From positions 6,386,001 to 6,450,000 of the forward strand of contig JAYWIR010000003.1 in assembly GCA_036172245.1 (NCBI GenBank): a DNA stretch of 64,000 nucleotides, in the 5' to 3' direction. Numbering within the stretch: the stretch's first letter is position 1; each line of letters begins with the position of its first letter. Source of the stretch: Raillietiella orientalis (lineage: Eukaryota). A program made the translations under genes and the position numbers. This document shows, piece by piece, positions 53,601 to 62,688 of the stretch. Under the pieces are notes generated by a model that worked only from the letters and a program-made list of their open reading frames with translations, made no database searches and was not told the origin of the DNA.

Positions 53601-55130
53601 AAACTCCAAGAGCACAGACAGCTACTGAGTAATTTAACAATTCAACTGCTGTTTAGCAGCTTTCGTGTTTTTTTTTTGTTTTTTGCTGATAGCAATACTT
53701 CTTTGTCATAAATAGTTTACGAGGAGACTTAGAGATCCAATGATAGTCATAATGTTTTTCGGCTGGGGAATCCTTACTTTCAGTACGTAATTTAGTAATT
53801 TTTTCTCACCAGCTCATAGTCGCTATGATTTTTCATAATTTTGTGCCAGATTTGCACTTTGTGACTAAATTGACAGATAGCTCTGAAAAACGATGATGCA
53901 CACGTTTTATGTACAAAGAAAGAAACAGTGGACGTAAGGTGTACCGATGATGAATTTGTTAAGAGCAAATGACTCTATGGGTCCTTCTGCTTAGCTCTGG
54001 TACTACGAAGGAAAGAAATGATCTTGAAAACTTGGAACCTCTTCAGTTGCTGGGATGCTGTGCATTCCTGTTGTAGCAGGAAACGAATTAGTCCGATGAC
54101 CTAGAAGGAAAAAAACAACGCGTACACATGCCTCAGCTCTCACCTTTAATGTTGATATACAAACAACACAGATGCATAACAATGGCATAAGAATGTAACC
54201 GTTGTTATGCATCCAAAAGACAACCGATTTTTTAAGGGTTCTTGATTAGGTCATCTGTCATCTGCCTCGAAGCTAAAGCATACATATCACAGTGTAACAA
54301 TGGACATCTCTGCATGATCACATGTACATTTGTATGCTTTGTGCATTTACTTTGTGATGTGTTTTGTTGTTCATTCGAAGCTTGCCCTTTCAGAAACACA
54401 ACATTCTCCAGATGCTAAGTCCAGAGGATTATTCAAAAGTGATTGAGAAACTCAGATATTGCATTCTGGCAACAGATCTTACTTCATATTTTAAGTAATT
54501 CATTGATCTCATGGAAATAACTTGCATATTTTATTATGACTGGAACTTTTGTTCCATTTAAAGTGCAGTTAGTAACAATGATTTCATAATGATATTACGA
54601 TGATGCAATTTAACTCATTTCTACCTGATTGCTTAGACTCAAACCTGAATTTGAAACTCTTCTGAATAAAGGAATATTTCATTCGGAACACAGTCTCAAA
54701 GAAGAGCACAGAAACATGCTTTGTTCAATGATGATGACTTCTGGAGATTTGGCAGCTTCAACCAAATCATGGGAGGTGCAGAAGCAGATTGCCAATTTGG
54801 TTACCTCAGAATTCTTCGATCAGGTTCCAAACTCATGTTTTGTTCACATGCTTTCATATTTGATGTTTCAGGGCGATAAGGAGAAATCTGAGCTGAATAT
54901 CCAGCCTCCAGCCTTTATGGATCGCACACGGCAAGATGAACTGCCCAGCATGCAAATACAGTGGATAAAAGATGTGTGCCTTCCTTTATACTATGTAGCA
55001 AATACCACTTGTGATTATTATGCCTAATTCTTTCTTACAGAACCTCTCGCAGCTGGATGGATGTTTTATGGAGATGTACACAAGAGCAGAGAAAAACATG
55101 TGTTGCTGGCAGAAGATCAATGAAATGTGA
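16584..55130 (+). CDS. PDE11: PDE11-like dual-GAF 3',5'-cyclic nucleotide phosphodiesterase, 17 coding exons: 16584-17240 (or -17423), 18185-18343, 21735-21824, 22686-22823, 29624-29691, 32875-33038, 33097-33164, 33214-33306, 39207-39257, 45079-45225, 46062-46169, 49134-49243, 53365-53455, 54394-54494, 54637-54823, 54872-54994, 55041-55130
   Basis: All exons join in frame with matching phases (2445 nt = 814 aa + stop). Class I PDE motifs [34 protein letters not shown] and invariant Gln (MQIQWI). N-terminal FLDRHPE, SLPP..A..LS.LL.S.V..P.Y, linker ASRREYER and Trp in QxxWI resemble vertebrate PDE11A as recalled. In-frame TGA at 16572-16574 fixes the start codon. Confidence 0.92.
18185..18343 (+). 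CDS. PDE11: PDE11-like exon 2 (GAF-A C-terminal half)
   Basis: ttattcaag|ATC...AAG|gtattt; IAEDDAEV...[35 protein letters not shown], 53 codons. Confidence 0.8.
18629..19596 (+). repeat. Pair of diverged ~65-bp direct repeats (18629-18691 and 19531-19596)
   Basis: Identical 18-mer AGTCATCTTACGAGCAGC at 18641 and 19543 with similar flanks (AGTTCCT..., ...CAATTCTGT...CTTGGGA). Confidence 0.8.
21735..21824 (+). CDS. PDE11: PDE11-like exon 3
   Basis: Pyrimidine tract-cccag|[30 protein letters not shown]|gtgagt. Confidence 0.92.
22686..22823 (+). CDS. PDE11: PDE11-like exon 4 (start of GAF-B)
   Basis: ttttag|[46 protein letters not shown]|gtacgg. Confidence 0.92.
23043..23897 (-). mobile_element. 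tRNA-derived SINE-like element, copy A (PDE intron 4, antisense)
   Basis: On -: A-box-like TGGCTTTGTGG (23887-23877), B-box-like GGGTTCGAATAC (23844-23833), then a tandem hairpin body; long near-identical stretches shared with the copy at 60.7-61.5 kb. Confidence 0.8.
26604..26634. repeat. A31 homopolymer
   Basis: Read directly. Confidence 0.9.
27034..27776 (-). mobile_element. tRNA-derived SINE-like element, copy B (diverged; PDE intron 4, antisense)
   Basis: Same head (GGAGGCCCTGTGGTT...GCGGGTTCGAATAC), same GGGAACCC-loop-GGG units, and ATGGAAATCCTT (27039-27050) shared with copies A and C. Confidence 0.75.
29624..29691 (+). CDS. PDE11: PDE11-like exon 5
   Basis: tttcag|[22 protein letters not shown](K)|gtaagt; its 68 nt supply the phase 0 to phase 2 link needed between exons 4 and 6. 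Confidence 0.82.
32875..33038 (+). CDS. PDE11: PDE11-like exon 6 (GAF-B)
   Basis: ctttggcag|..HLDTSEC...[29 protein letters not shown](G)|gcaagt (GC donor). Confidence 0.87.
33097..33164 (+). CDS. PDE11: PDE11-like exon 7
   Basis: ttccag|(G)[22 protein letters not shown]|gtaaga. Confidence 0.88.
33214..33306 (+). CDS. PDE11: PDE11-like exon 8
   Basis: tttcaag|[31 protein letters not shown]|gtaagt. Confidence 0.92.
39207..39257 (+). CDS. PDE11: PDE11-like exon 9
   Basis: ttccag|[17 protein letters not shown]|gtaaga. Confidence 0.92.
39390..39830 (-). mobile_element. Possible decayed RTE-like LINE fragment
   Basis: On -: EMFDVNR, WNLRIS...TKLLTI, F*KLGA*I and [25 protein letters not shown] appear in the order expected for an RT C-terminus; interrupted by stops. 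Confidence 0.35.
45079..45225 (+). CDS. PDE11: PDE11-like exon 10 (start of catalytic domain)
   Basis: ttttcag|MIDPQDAS...[33 protein letters not shown]|gtgggc. Confidence 0.92.
46062..46169 (+). CDS. PDE11: PDE11-like exon 11
   Basis: ttccag|[36 protein letters not shown]|gtgagc. Confidence 0.95.
47120..47830 (+). mobile_element. Decayed non-LTR (LINE) reverse-transcriptase fossil
   Basis: Frameshifted motifs in the expected order and spacing: [11 protein letters not shown] (~47135), NWK (~47270), GLFLDMS (47471), Q..IGPGL (47655-47682), LFF-DD (47751-47766), DLAQW (~47800). Confidence 0.5.
49134..49243 (+). CDS. PDE11: PDE11-like exon 12
   Basis: ctccag|[36 protein letters not shown](K)|gtgcgt. 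Confidence 0.95.
51500..52240 (+). mobile_element. Decayed RTE-like LINE fossil
   Basis: [15 protein letters not shown]...[11 protein letters not shown] (from 51626) and [10 protein letters not shown]...[10 protein letters not shown]...LREIL (ORF 51984) resemble RTE-clade RT and post-RT motifs (LI.LI..LY, GVRQG, LYG.E.WTL, LRRIL). Confidence 0.5.
53365..53455 (+). CDS. PDE11: PDE11-like exon 13
   Basis: tttcag|(K)[30 protein letters not shown]|gtaaaa. Confidence 0.95.
54394..54494 (+). CDS. PDE11: PDE11-like exon 14
   Basis: tttcag|[33 protein letters not shown](K)|gtaatt. Confidence 0.94.
54637..54823 (+). CDS. PDE11: PDE11-like exon 15
   Basis: gcttag|(K)LKPEFETLL...[32 protein letters not shown]|gttcca. 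Confidence 0.93.
54872..54994 (+). CDS. PDE11: PDE11-like exon 16
   Basis: tttcag|[41 protein letters not shown]|gtagca. Confidence 0.92.
55041..55130 (+). CDS. PDE11: PDE11-like exon 17 (terminal)
   Basis: ttcttacag|[29 protein letters not shown]; retains the N..xW end of the catalytic domain. Confidence 0.88.
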   Translation, partial: NLSQLDGCFMEMYTRAEKNMCCWQKINEM

Positions 55131-55384
55131 CAACTTGATTTCAATGCATACTGCAGCCCTTAACTTCATCAAATCTTCCTTCCACTTCCTTGACAAAAAT
55201 CTCCTTCCATTCTCTAGGTTGAGCTTTAATGAAATTCCACCTTTTCTGGAGTCACTGCTTATTGGCTCATCGTGGGCATCTCTTTTCCCTTGATAGGATT
55301 CACTTAGTTTCCTAACATAGAGAAATTCACAAGACAATTACTTCGCATCTTCTAGAAGTGCCTTGTTTCTAGAATCTGTGGTTC

Positions 55385-55390
55385 AATAAA
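55385..55390 (+). terminator. Candidate polyadenylation signal of the PDE11-like gene
   Basis: AATAAA ~255 nt after the stop, followed by a GT/T-rich tract (atgtgttgttttt) ~30 nt downstream. Confidence 0.6.
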
Positions 55391-58385
55391 ACATATAGGA
55401 TAATGAAAAGATACTGAACAATGTGTTGTTTTTTCAATCTTGAAACGAGGTGAAGTGAGGAGAAAAGGTAAAGCACTTCTCTGATTATGGGAAGCAGCAG
55501 AAAGAACAACCCTCGAACAATTTAAAACAGTTTGACACTACTTGAGAGAACTAGCCAATGGATACTCGACACTTTTAACCTTTTCTAATACCCCGTGGTT
55601 CCTCCACAGGTGGAATTTTTCCATGATCTCTGCAATCTCGATCTCAGTTCTCCATAAGCCCTGTCAATTGCTAAACTTTCTGACCCACGCCATTTCTTGT
55701 GGGAGGCACACACATGATTGCATGAGCAGAAGGTGTTTTGTATTCTTAGTCTTTATGCAGGAAAGTCTATTTGCATCACCACGAGACACGACCATCGTAG
55801 GTCGACCATACCAAACGGACGCTGAAGGAAAATAAGAGTTGATGGGCTTCAGCTAGCCAGTGCCTGTGATTGACTAGAAGACTATTTCCATACCTGATGC
55901 TCCAGAACAGGAGTGGAGCCGTCTAGATGATAACTAAGGGACAATGTTGGAAGAATCACTTCAGAGAAAGGAGAGCAGGCATCGGAGACTGCCTCTCCTT
56001 CTAGGCTACAAAGATTACTTACTATCTTCAATGTCCATGGTAGAACTTCGGAGCTGTGGAACCTTTGAAGAACCACTAGATGTTCAGCGAGCTGGGAATC
56101 CCGCACACGGAGAGAAGAAACTAAAGCGAAAACGGGAAGTGCACATGCGGCACATCTGTGACCTGTCCTGAGGGCACATCCCGGGGACCAGCATCCCGGA
56201 TGTTCACAGTAAATATGAATGCAGTGTCTTTCTCCCAAGTGCTCTTCTTTTAACAAACCCCTAGAGCCACTTCCCCTAGTGCAACATGTGATGGAGTAGT
56301 TCATTCAATAGAAAACAAATGAAATCTGTACACTGTTGTTTGTTTCTGTGCTTATAGCCAATGCACTACCTATTGTTCTAATAATTATGGTTCACGGTAT
56401 GACTTGCATCTTTGATCTTGAGAATGTAATATTAAATCCATGCAGAAACTCTACTACAAACTTGGATTCCAATTTCTATCTCCTTCATGTCCAGTCCATT
56501 AAATAAGCACCCCGTTACTACTTGCTCCTTATTGGGACGCTGTTGATGAGAGAGGAGATGGTTGTCATTACCACAGGGTTACCCCCCCTTTAGCAGCATT
56601 CGCAGGACTTCCAGCTTTGTCTTGCTCTCCAACCAGTTACTTGCCTTACCACTTCTAATTGCAATCCTGCATTCGACAAAGTGAAGAAGCGTCGGCTGCT
56701 TTAAGATTCTTCATTTTCCGGCAGAACAAATCTTCCAGACTACCTGCCCAGAAGTAGAGTGGCGCTGCAAAAGAGACTCCCATAAAAAGAAAAAAAAAAA
56801 CTCCAATAGACTTGTATTTCCGGTAGCACATCATATTTCTATAGTTATTCCAACTGCTAAGTGGTTTGTACTGTGGCATCTCAACGCTCCTGTGGCTTTG
56901 TCTAAAGTTTCCTTTTTGACGTCAGCTTCTTTAGTAACCCATTCTAAATTCCTGTGGAACCAATCGGTCTTTCCAAAAATTGCGCATTTTATACATCATG
57001 AGCGCTCCCATCTTAAGTTTATATGTGCACAGCCACACTTTTGGATGCCTCTCTCAATAGCTTCTTGAATGGCTGCTTTTTCTTTATAACTAATCCACTG
57101 TGCGTCCAGACGTGCAGAAGAACAATGGGATCAGCCTGAAAAATTATCTGCACAGTTCTTTCATCCAGGGAACCTCCCTGAGGTTATTTCTCCTTATTTT
57201 CTTGACCATTTTGTTTCACCGTCGAATCCATTTTGAATACGCTAAATGTATCATGCAGAGTCGAAGTCCTATTTGTATGTTATGTAGAGCAGTTTTTGTG
57301 CATAGAGGATTGTAGCCTCATGCTCCAGCATCTTCATTTTCGAGCCTTATTTTCATGAGAGAAACAGCTGTTCTTACTAAATCCTTGGAAAAGCTGCTCT
57401 GCGTTATTTGTAATCGCTCCGTGGCATTCGTTGGTAACGGAAAGAAAAGCATTGAATCAAAGAGCATCCTAGGGTGCCAAACTGCATTGCAAAGGTTCGA
57501 CTTCTACTTGATAGTCAAGCCTTAACTACTTTACTTCGTGGATTCTTTTCACACCCAGGAGAAGGTCTCTTCCATCATCTTTGCCGGAGCTGCTGCGTTT
57601 GCAAAAATAAGGTATCTTCAATATGGTTACCTTAATATTTTGCAGCTGTCACGTGGAATCGCTGTATAGTCAAGGTGCTGATCTCGAAGGTTCCTACTGT
57701 CAAACCTACAGTCGTTCTTGACGGATGTCTCCTTTTATCTTGAGTTCCTCATCTCCTATCCACTTCTGGATATCTCGAAATTTGCTAACTTCCAGCAGTA
57801 TTCACATATCTAGAGAATGGCTTTGGAAAGCTTAGATGTTCCAGGATGTCGAGAATCATGTAATTACCACCAGTATCCAGCGCCTTTTCGATGTCAGTGA
57901 GTCCAGTACAGAGTACACTACCATTCCGATAAAACAAATACAGCGTGAGCACACCAAATGCCTCTCATATGTGTCATCTGCACATGTTCAGACACAGGAG
58001 AGGCAGGAGAGATCACTGACTGCATCACCGCGCTTCGCAGTTGGACCAGACCCTCGCCAACCGCATTTGCTTGTGGACGCGTTCGCTCCGCAGTTCAAGA
58101 GTCTTGTGTCTGCGGAAGGTTCGGTGAAAGCGATTACCCTTTTCGGGCTGTGGTTTCTCTTGTGTCGACCGACCCGCAGACGTTGCGCATTCTCGGGCCG
58201 TTGACCTTAGGTCAGCGAGCCACCCTCACCACTGCGAACTATCCTTTGAGTTTGGTGGGCACTCTGTTTGTGTGGTCCCTCTGAAAGGAAGCCACCAGGA
58301 AAGGAACTCTCCCGTGAAATCCAGAGGACGTCACGGGACCGAGCTGTGCAATGGCAGCTAACAAGTGACCCCCAGATAGAGAGGT

Positions 58386-59640
58386 GTGGCAACAGCAACG
58401 GTCATTCGAGGATCGTCGCCCGTCCACGTAGAGCCACGGGCCTACGCAGAGAACGGCCACGAGATCACCTTCCGCTATCGGGCAAGTTGTGCGAGCTCTA
58501 AAGAAGTATTAACAGAGCTTGGAAGTGAGCTTACGCAAATGGGAGTGAAAGGAGAAAAGTTTCTCTCGGCCATGTCTGCAAGCTGGAGCAACTCAAGGGA
58601 CCTCACTTACAGTAATGACCACATGCTTAGACAGCACCTGCTACGTATCCCACTGGCTCTAGGAAAGCATAAGGTCTTTCCCTCGACGGTTGATCACTCG
58701 TGCGTAATTCACATCCGGAAGAACCCGCTTCGAGTCAATGGCCCTTAAATCTCGTTGTCCACCAAAGAACATGCCACATGGTCATGAAATGTGTCGAACC
58801 TTTCTTACACGGTTGCGCCGGGACGTTTATTTAAAATACACATCATCTGGGAACACAGTTCCCAGGCAAAAGGAACAGAAGTTCAGGGAGAGGGCTTCTC
58901 AACACGCAGGTCGGGCATAGTGAGAATCCGGAACGGGAGGGGACAATGAATAAATACAAATAAATATGGGGGGTAAGGGACAGGGGTCTTTGGCTTCGGC
59001 CATTCCTTCCTCTCAGAACCGGCGTTGAATGCCGGAGATTTCCTTCCTCACTTCTTCTGGAAGATGAGGCCGCCTGGCAGCCGTCGTCATGTTGACGTCG
59101 GCGGTTGTGGTGGCTTGTCGAAGAATCGCTCGCGACTCCGACTGGCGGCGAGCCGATGTGTCGAAACTGGTGACCCATTTGGAAGACGTGTGTTGCGGGC
59201 TAGCGGCCGCGTGCACCACGGTGCGTCACAATGATGCGATTCCCTACACACTACAGGGGATTGGTGATTCCTTTTCCCTGTCGTATGTGGAGGGGGAGTG
59301 GAACACCTGCTGGAACGCTGACCCTTCACCGTGTGATGGCAACATGGCCAGAAGGGTCGTATCAGGCACACCCGCTTTGCAGCGGGCAGGAGAAATTACA
59401 AAACAGTAACGAATATAAGATTGAGGTGAAGGCAGCAGAGATCGCCGCAACCGAACCCGTGAGCACCAGCTACCGATGTCGAAGACCGCGAAAAAGGAAA
59501 AGGAAGGGGGAAAAGAGACGGCAATACAGGGTGGAAAAAGAACAAAACAAAGCGAAAAGAAGTCTGAACAGCCGCTGCGTTCTTTTCAGAGGAAAACAAA
59601 GAACGCTTCCGCCCTCCCTGCCGGTAAGAAGCTAGACAGA
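58386..59640 (+). mobile_element. Possible decayed ORF1 (gag-like) of a Tx1/L1-type non-LTR element
   Basis: IPYTLQGIGDSFSLSYVEGEWNTCWN...CDGNMARR resembles the IP..L...G....Y.GQ..TC..C...GH.AR knuckle region, followed by a Lys/Arg-rich stretch; broken into several ORFs. Confidence 0.3.
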
Positions 59641-60690
59641 AGCGATGACCATGGGAGTGCACAACACTCCGAGGCAAAGACAGAGTATGCGCATCCATTT
59701 GGCGCAGCTCCTGTAAGGGGAAAAGCTGTGCTGGAATTTGCGGTCTGAAGACTAGATGACACGGTCCTCATCCGCCTGCGGAGCTGCAAGTCAGCGTAAG
59801 ACGCTATGCCGACAAACAACATCCGATTCCGCACCCTCGGTTACAGAATCCGATGCGGAAGAGGAAACTGTTCTCGCGCTATTCGCTCAGAAAGCGCCGG
59901 CCGAAGGCGCGAAAGCAAGACGGACTCGCATCCACTTAGGTCACGATCCCTGATAAAGAGGACGACATGTCCTCCACGCCGGAGGACACTTTGTCCTGAA
60001 TCCAACCGATGAGCAGATGGGTAAAGAGACGGCAAGAACAAGGGAACGTGAGTCCGGTAACGCCACCTCCGCGGACGGTTAAGACAGGAAACTGCATTAT
60101 CTCCTCCGCCTCGCGAACGGGCAGCATCCCTAGTCAGAGACGGAAACTGAGATGGGATTATCGCTAGTTGAAACCTCCCGTGTCCTGAACCAGGAGGTTG
60201 CTTCTTCCTGTCTCCAGAGTATATAGCCTCGCGGAATGCGAACGAGCTACTTCACGACCACGAGAGGAGAGAGGCAGCCCTGTGCCCCTTCGAGCTTGCC
60301 CTCCTGCAGAACGCTCATCAGATCTCCCGTCTCGATGGGGCAGAAATCGTACGGGAAGGGGGCCCGACGCCACATCGGAAGAGCAGTCAATGCAATTACG
60401 GAAAAAGTAACACAGAAGACTTTACTGATGTGCACTTAAATCGAAATTTGAATCGTTTCACAATCTGTGTTTCCAATTCATGCATTAAAACTTGGAAGTC
60501 TCCTCAGTAAGCGTTTAAGTATTAGCAAAGGAATCGCAATATCGATGAAGAAAACGATCAAGAAAGTATATTTTAACCACTTAACAAACAGTTAATTAAA
60601 GACTCGCCAGGGAAATGTTCCTCCCAATTCATGCTACGCGTATTTTTGAGAATCTAAAGAGTTAGGTTTGGTAGGAAACACCCTTAATAA

Positions 60691-61504
60691 TTTTTTTTTT
60701 TTTTTTTAAAGGCCAGTAGCGACCCCCACGAGGAGATCGGTACTATTGGCCTAGGACGATGGAAATCCTTGGGTTCTTCTTTTTTCTTCTGTATGCTGTT
60801 TTCCTTTCAGCTTTTTTTTTTTTTTTAAGAGTTTTCTTTATTTTGGTTCGCTAAGTACCTCAGAGCCGGTCGCGTGCCTCGCGGCGCACGTGGCTCTTTT
60901 TAAACATTAAACACACTGTTTTGTTTCCACGCCCCTCCGCCCGCAGCAACCCTCAGGGGACCGTGTCATTCTTCAGGATAGGGGGCACCCCGGGATGAGG
61001 GTCCGCCCTATGAATCCAGGAAGGACTCCGGAAGGAACCCGCAAGGGAACCGCTCCTGTTCACCTCTCTGAAGAGAACCCCGTAGGGACGCTTCCGAAAC
61101 TCAGGAGGCGACGACTCGGAGGGTCCCCCCCGCAACGGGAAGGGTCCGCTCCTTTGAACAACTGGAGAGGTGCCTGTGAGGGCTCCTTCTCCATCTTGAA
61201 ACTGGAGGGGTCCCCCGGTGACGGGGGTCCGCTCTCCGTTGCACGACAGGAGGGGGAAACTCCCCACTCCTTTATTCCTGGGAGGACCCGAAGGTCGACT
61301 CCCATTGTTCCGGCCTTCATCGGGGGCCTCTGGCTTAATCCACGGCCGGTGCCACGCCCGAATGTCTCGGCCAACCAGCGCCATCTTGCAGGAGGAACTC
61401 GGAACCCAACGATGCAGTGGCGTCAGAGTTTCTGCCGAAGTATTCGAACCCGCGATGCATGGTGCCACACGAGGAAGCCTTAACCACAAGGCCTCCGACG
61501 CGGG
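60691..61504 (-). mobile_element. tRNA-derived SINE-like element, copy C (intergenic), with 3' stem-loop, A17 tail and degenerate TSD
   Basis: Head 61504-61440; T17 on + at 60691-60707; flanks GGAAACACCCTTAATAA (60674-60690) and GGAAACACTCTTTAAGAA (61503-61520). Confidence 0.85.
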
Positions 61505-62532
61505 AAACACTCTTTAAGAATTTAGGAATCCCAACTAAACCTTTTCTCTTTCGTACGCATGGAGCGGTTTTTCCTGCGATCAGCAAGTTGATTAAAGATC
61601 GGAACTTGCTATCCAGTATAATGACTGAAAGTCCCCCGCGAATTCGGCACCAAGGACTATATTCGAGCACAATACAAACAGAACGGATGAAGCATTCCTG
61701 GTTGTTTCTTGAAGAGGAAACACTGAGCAGGAAACACACGAATCAAAGAACTGTCACAAGTTGTTCTTGAAATTCTCGCTCGTCTCAAAGGGCACCACAG
61801 CATCCAGTGGGCACGGCAACTGCCGAGGCATTTCGTTTCAGCCCCCTCCTTGCTTTCAGTCTGAAGTGTTGCTACTACCTAGGGCAGAATGGCGGCCCAA
61901 GGTGGCTGAAAGCGCGGCATCACAGTCGTAGGCAAGAGGGACGGAGATGCTGAGAAAAAGAGTCTGCAGGTTCAGTAGCCGGCGGTTACCTCGTGCTCTT
62001 CCAGTTGAGCTACTACAGGGTGTCTTCCGGATCCAACTTGAGGAGTCATCGAATCGCACGGTTACATATCACAGTTCTTTTAAAAGCACAGCTATGTGAT
62101 ACACATAGGGCAGAAATCAACAAATTAACAAATACTGCGTCATGAGAATCAGTGGTTGCGCGCGATACTTTGGGGATGGAGATCGTGCACCAACTTGGAG
62201 CACCCAAAGTTCTTTGAACGCCGCAACCTATTTTTCCCGTGTTGACTGCCCTGACAAATTCATGTAATGGCCTTCGGCATATTTCGAAGCCTACCACGGC
62301 CTTAAACAAAACCAATACTTTATCTTCCAGGAATGCCCCTATTTTATCTGCTGCAAGGAATGGCAGGTAAGTGGTGGCTTCACTTGCCTGCTATTCTTTC
62401 CACTATTCCATTGGCTGCGAGTTGCACTAAATTTTATACAACACGAAGACACACAAAAGTGCATACTTACACTGTGTGTCTTCGTGTACCAAAACAGAAC
62501 ACACTAAACGGGAATATCTATGTAAATAAAAA

Positions 62533-62538
62533 TTTATT
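62533..62538 (-). terminator. Candidate polyadenylation signal of the Vav-like gene
   Basis: AATAAA on - (TTTATT on +) ~100 nt after the stop codon. Confidence 0.55.
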
Positions 62539-62640
62539 TGTTCATTATTAAAATATTCTAAAAAAATCACTGAAAGTTATGTATTCAGATGACTAGATTT
62601 TGCACTCCTGACTTCCTGACGACTAAAAGTAAAGCAACAA

Positions 62641-62688
62641 TCATCTCAGGATTTCTTCAACTGCTAATTCTTTTGGAAAGAAACCAAT
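62641..62688 (-). CDS. vav: Vav-like terminal exon
   Basis: ctttgcag|IGFFPKELAVEEILR*. Confidence 0.87.
   Translation of the reverse strand: MGFFPKELAVEEILR

Noticed and set aside
55542..56300. Possible retrotransposon protease remnant
   Set aside because: Similarity is too weak; no D[ST]G motif found.
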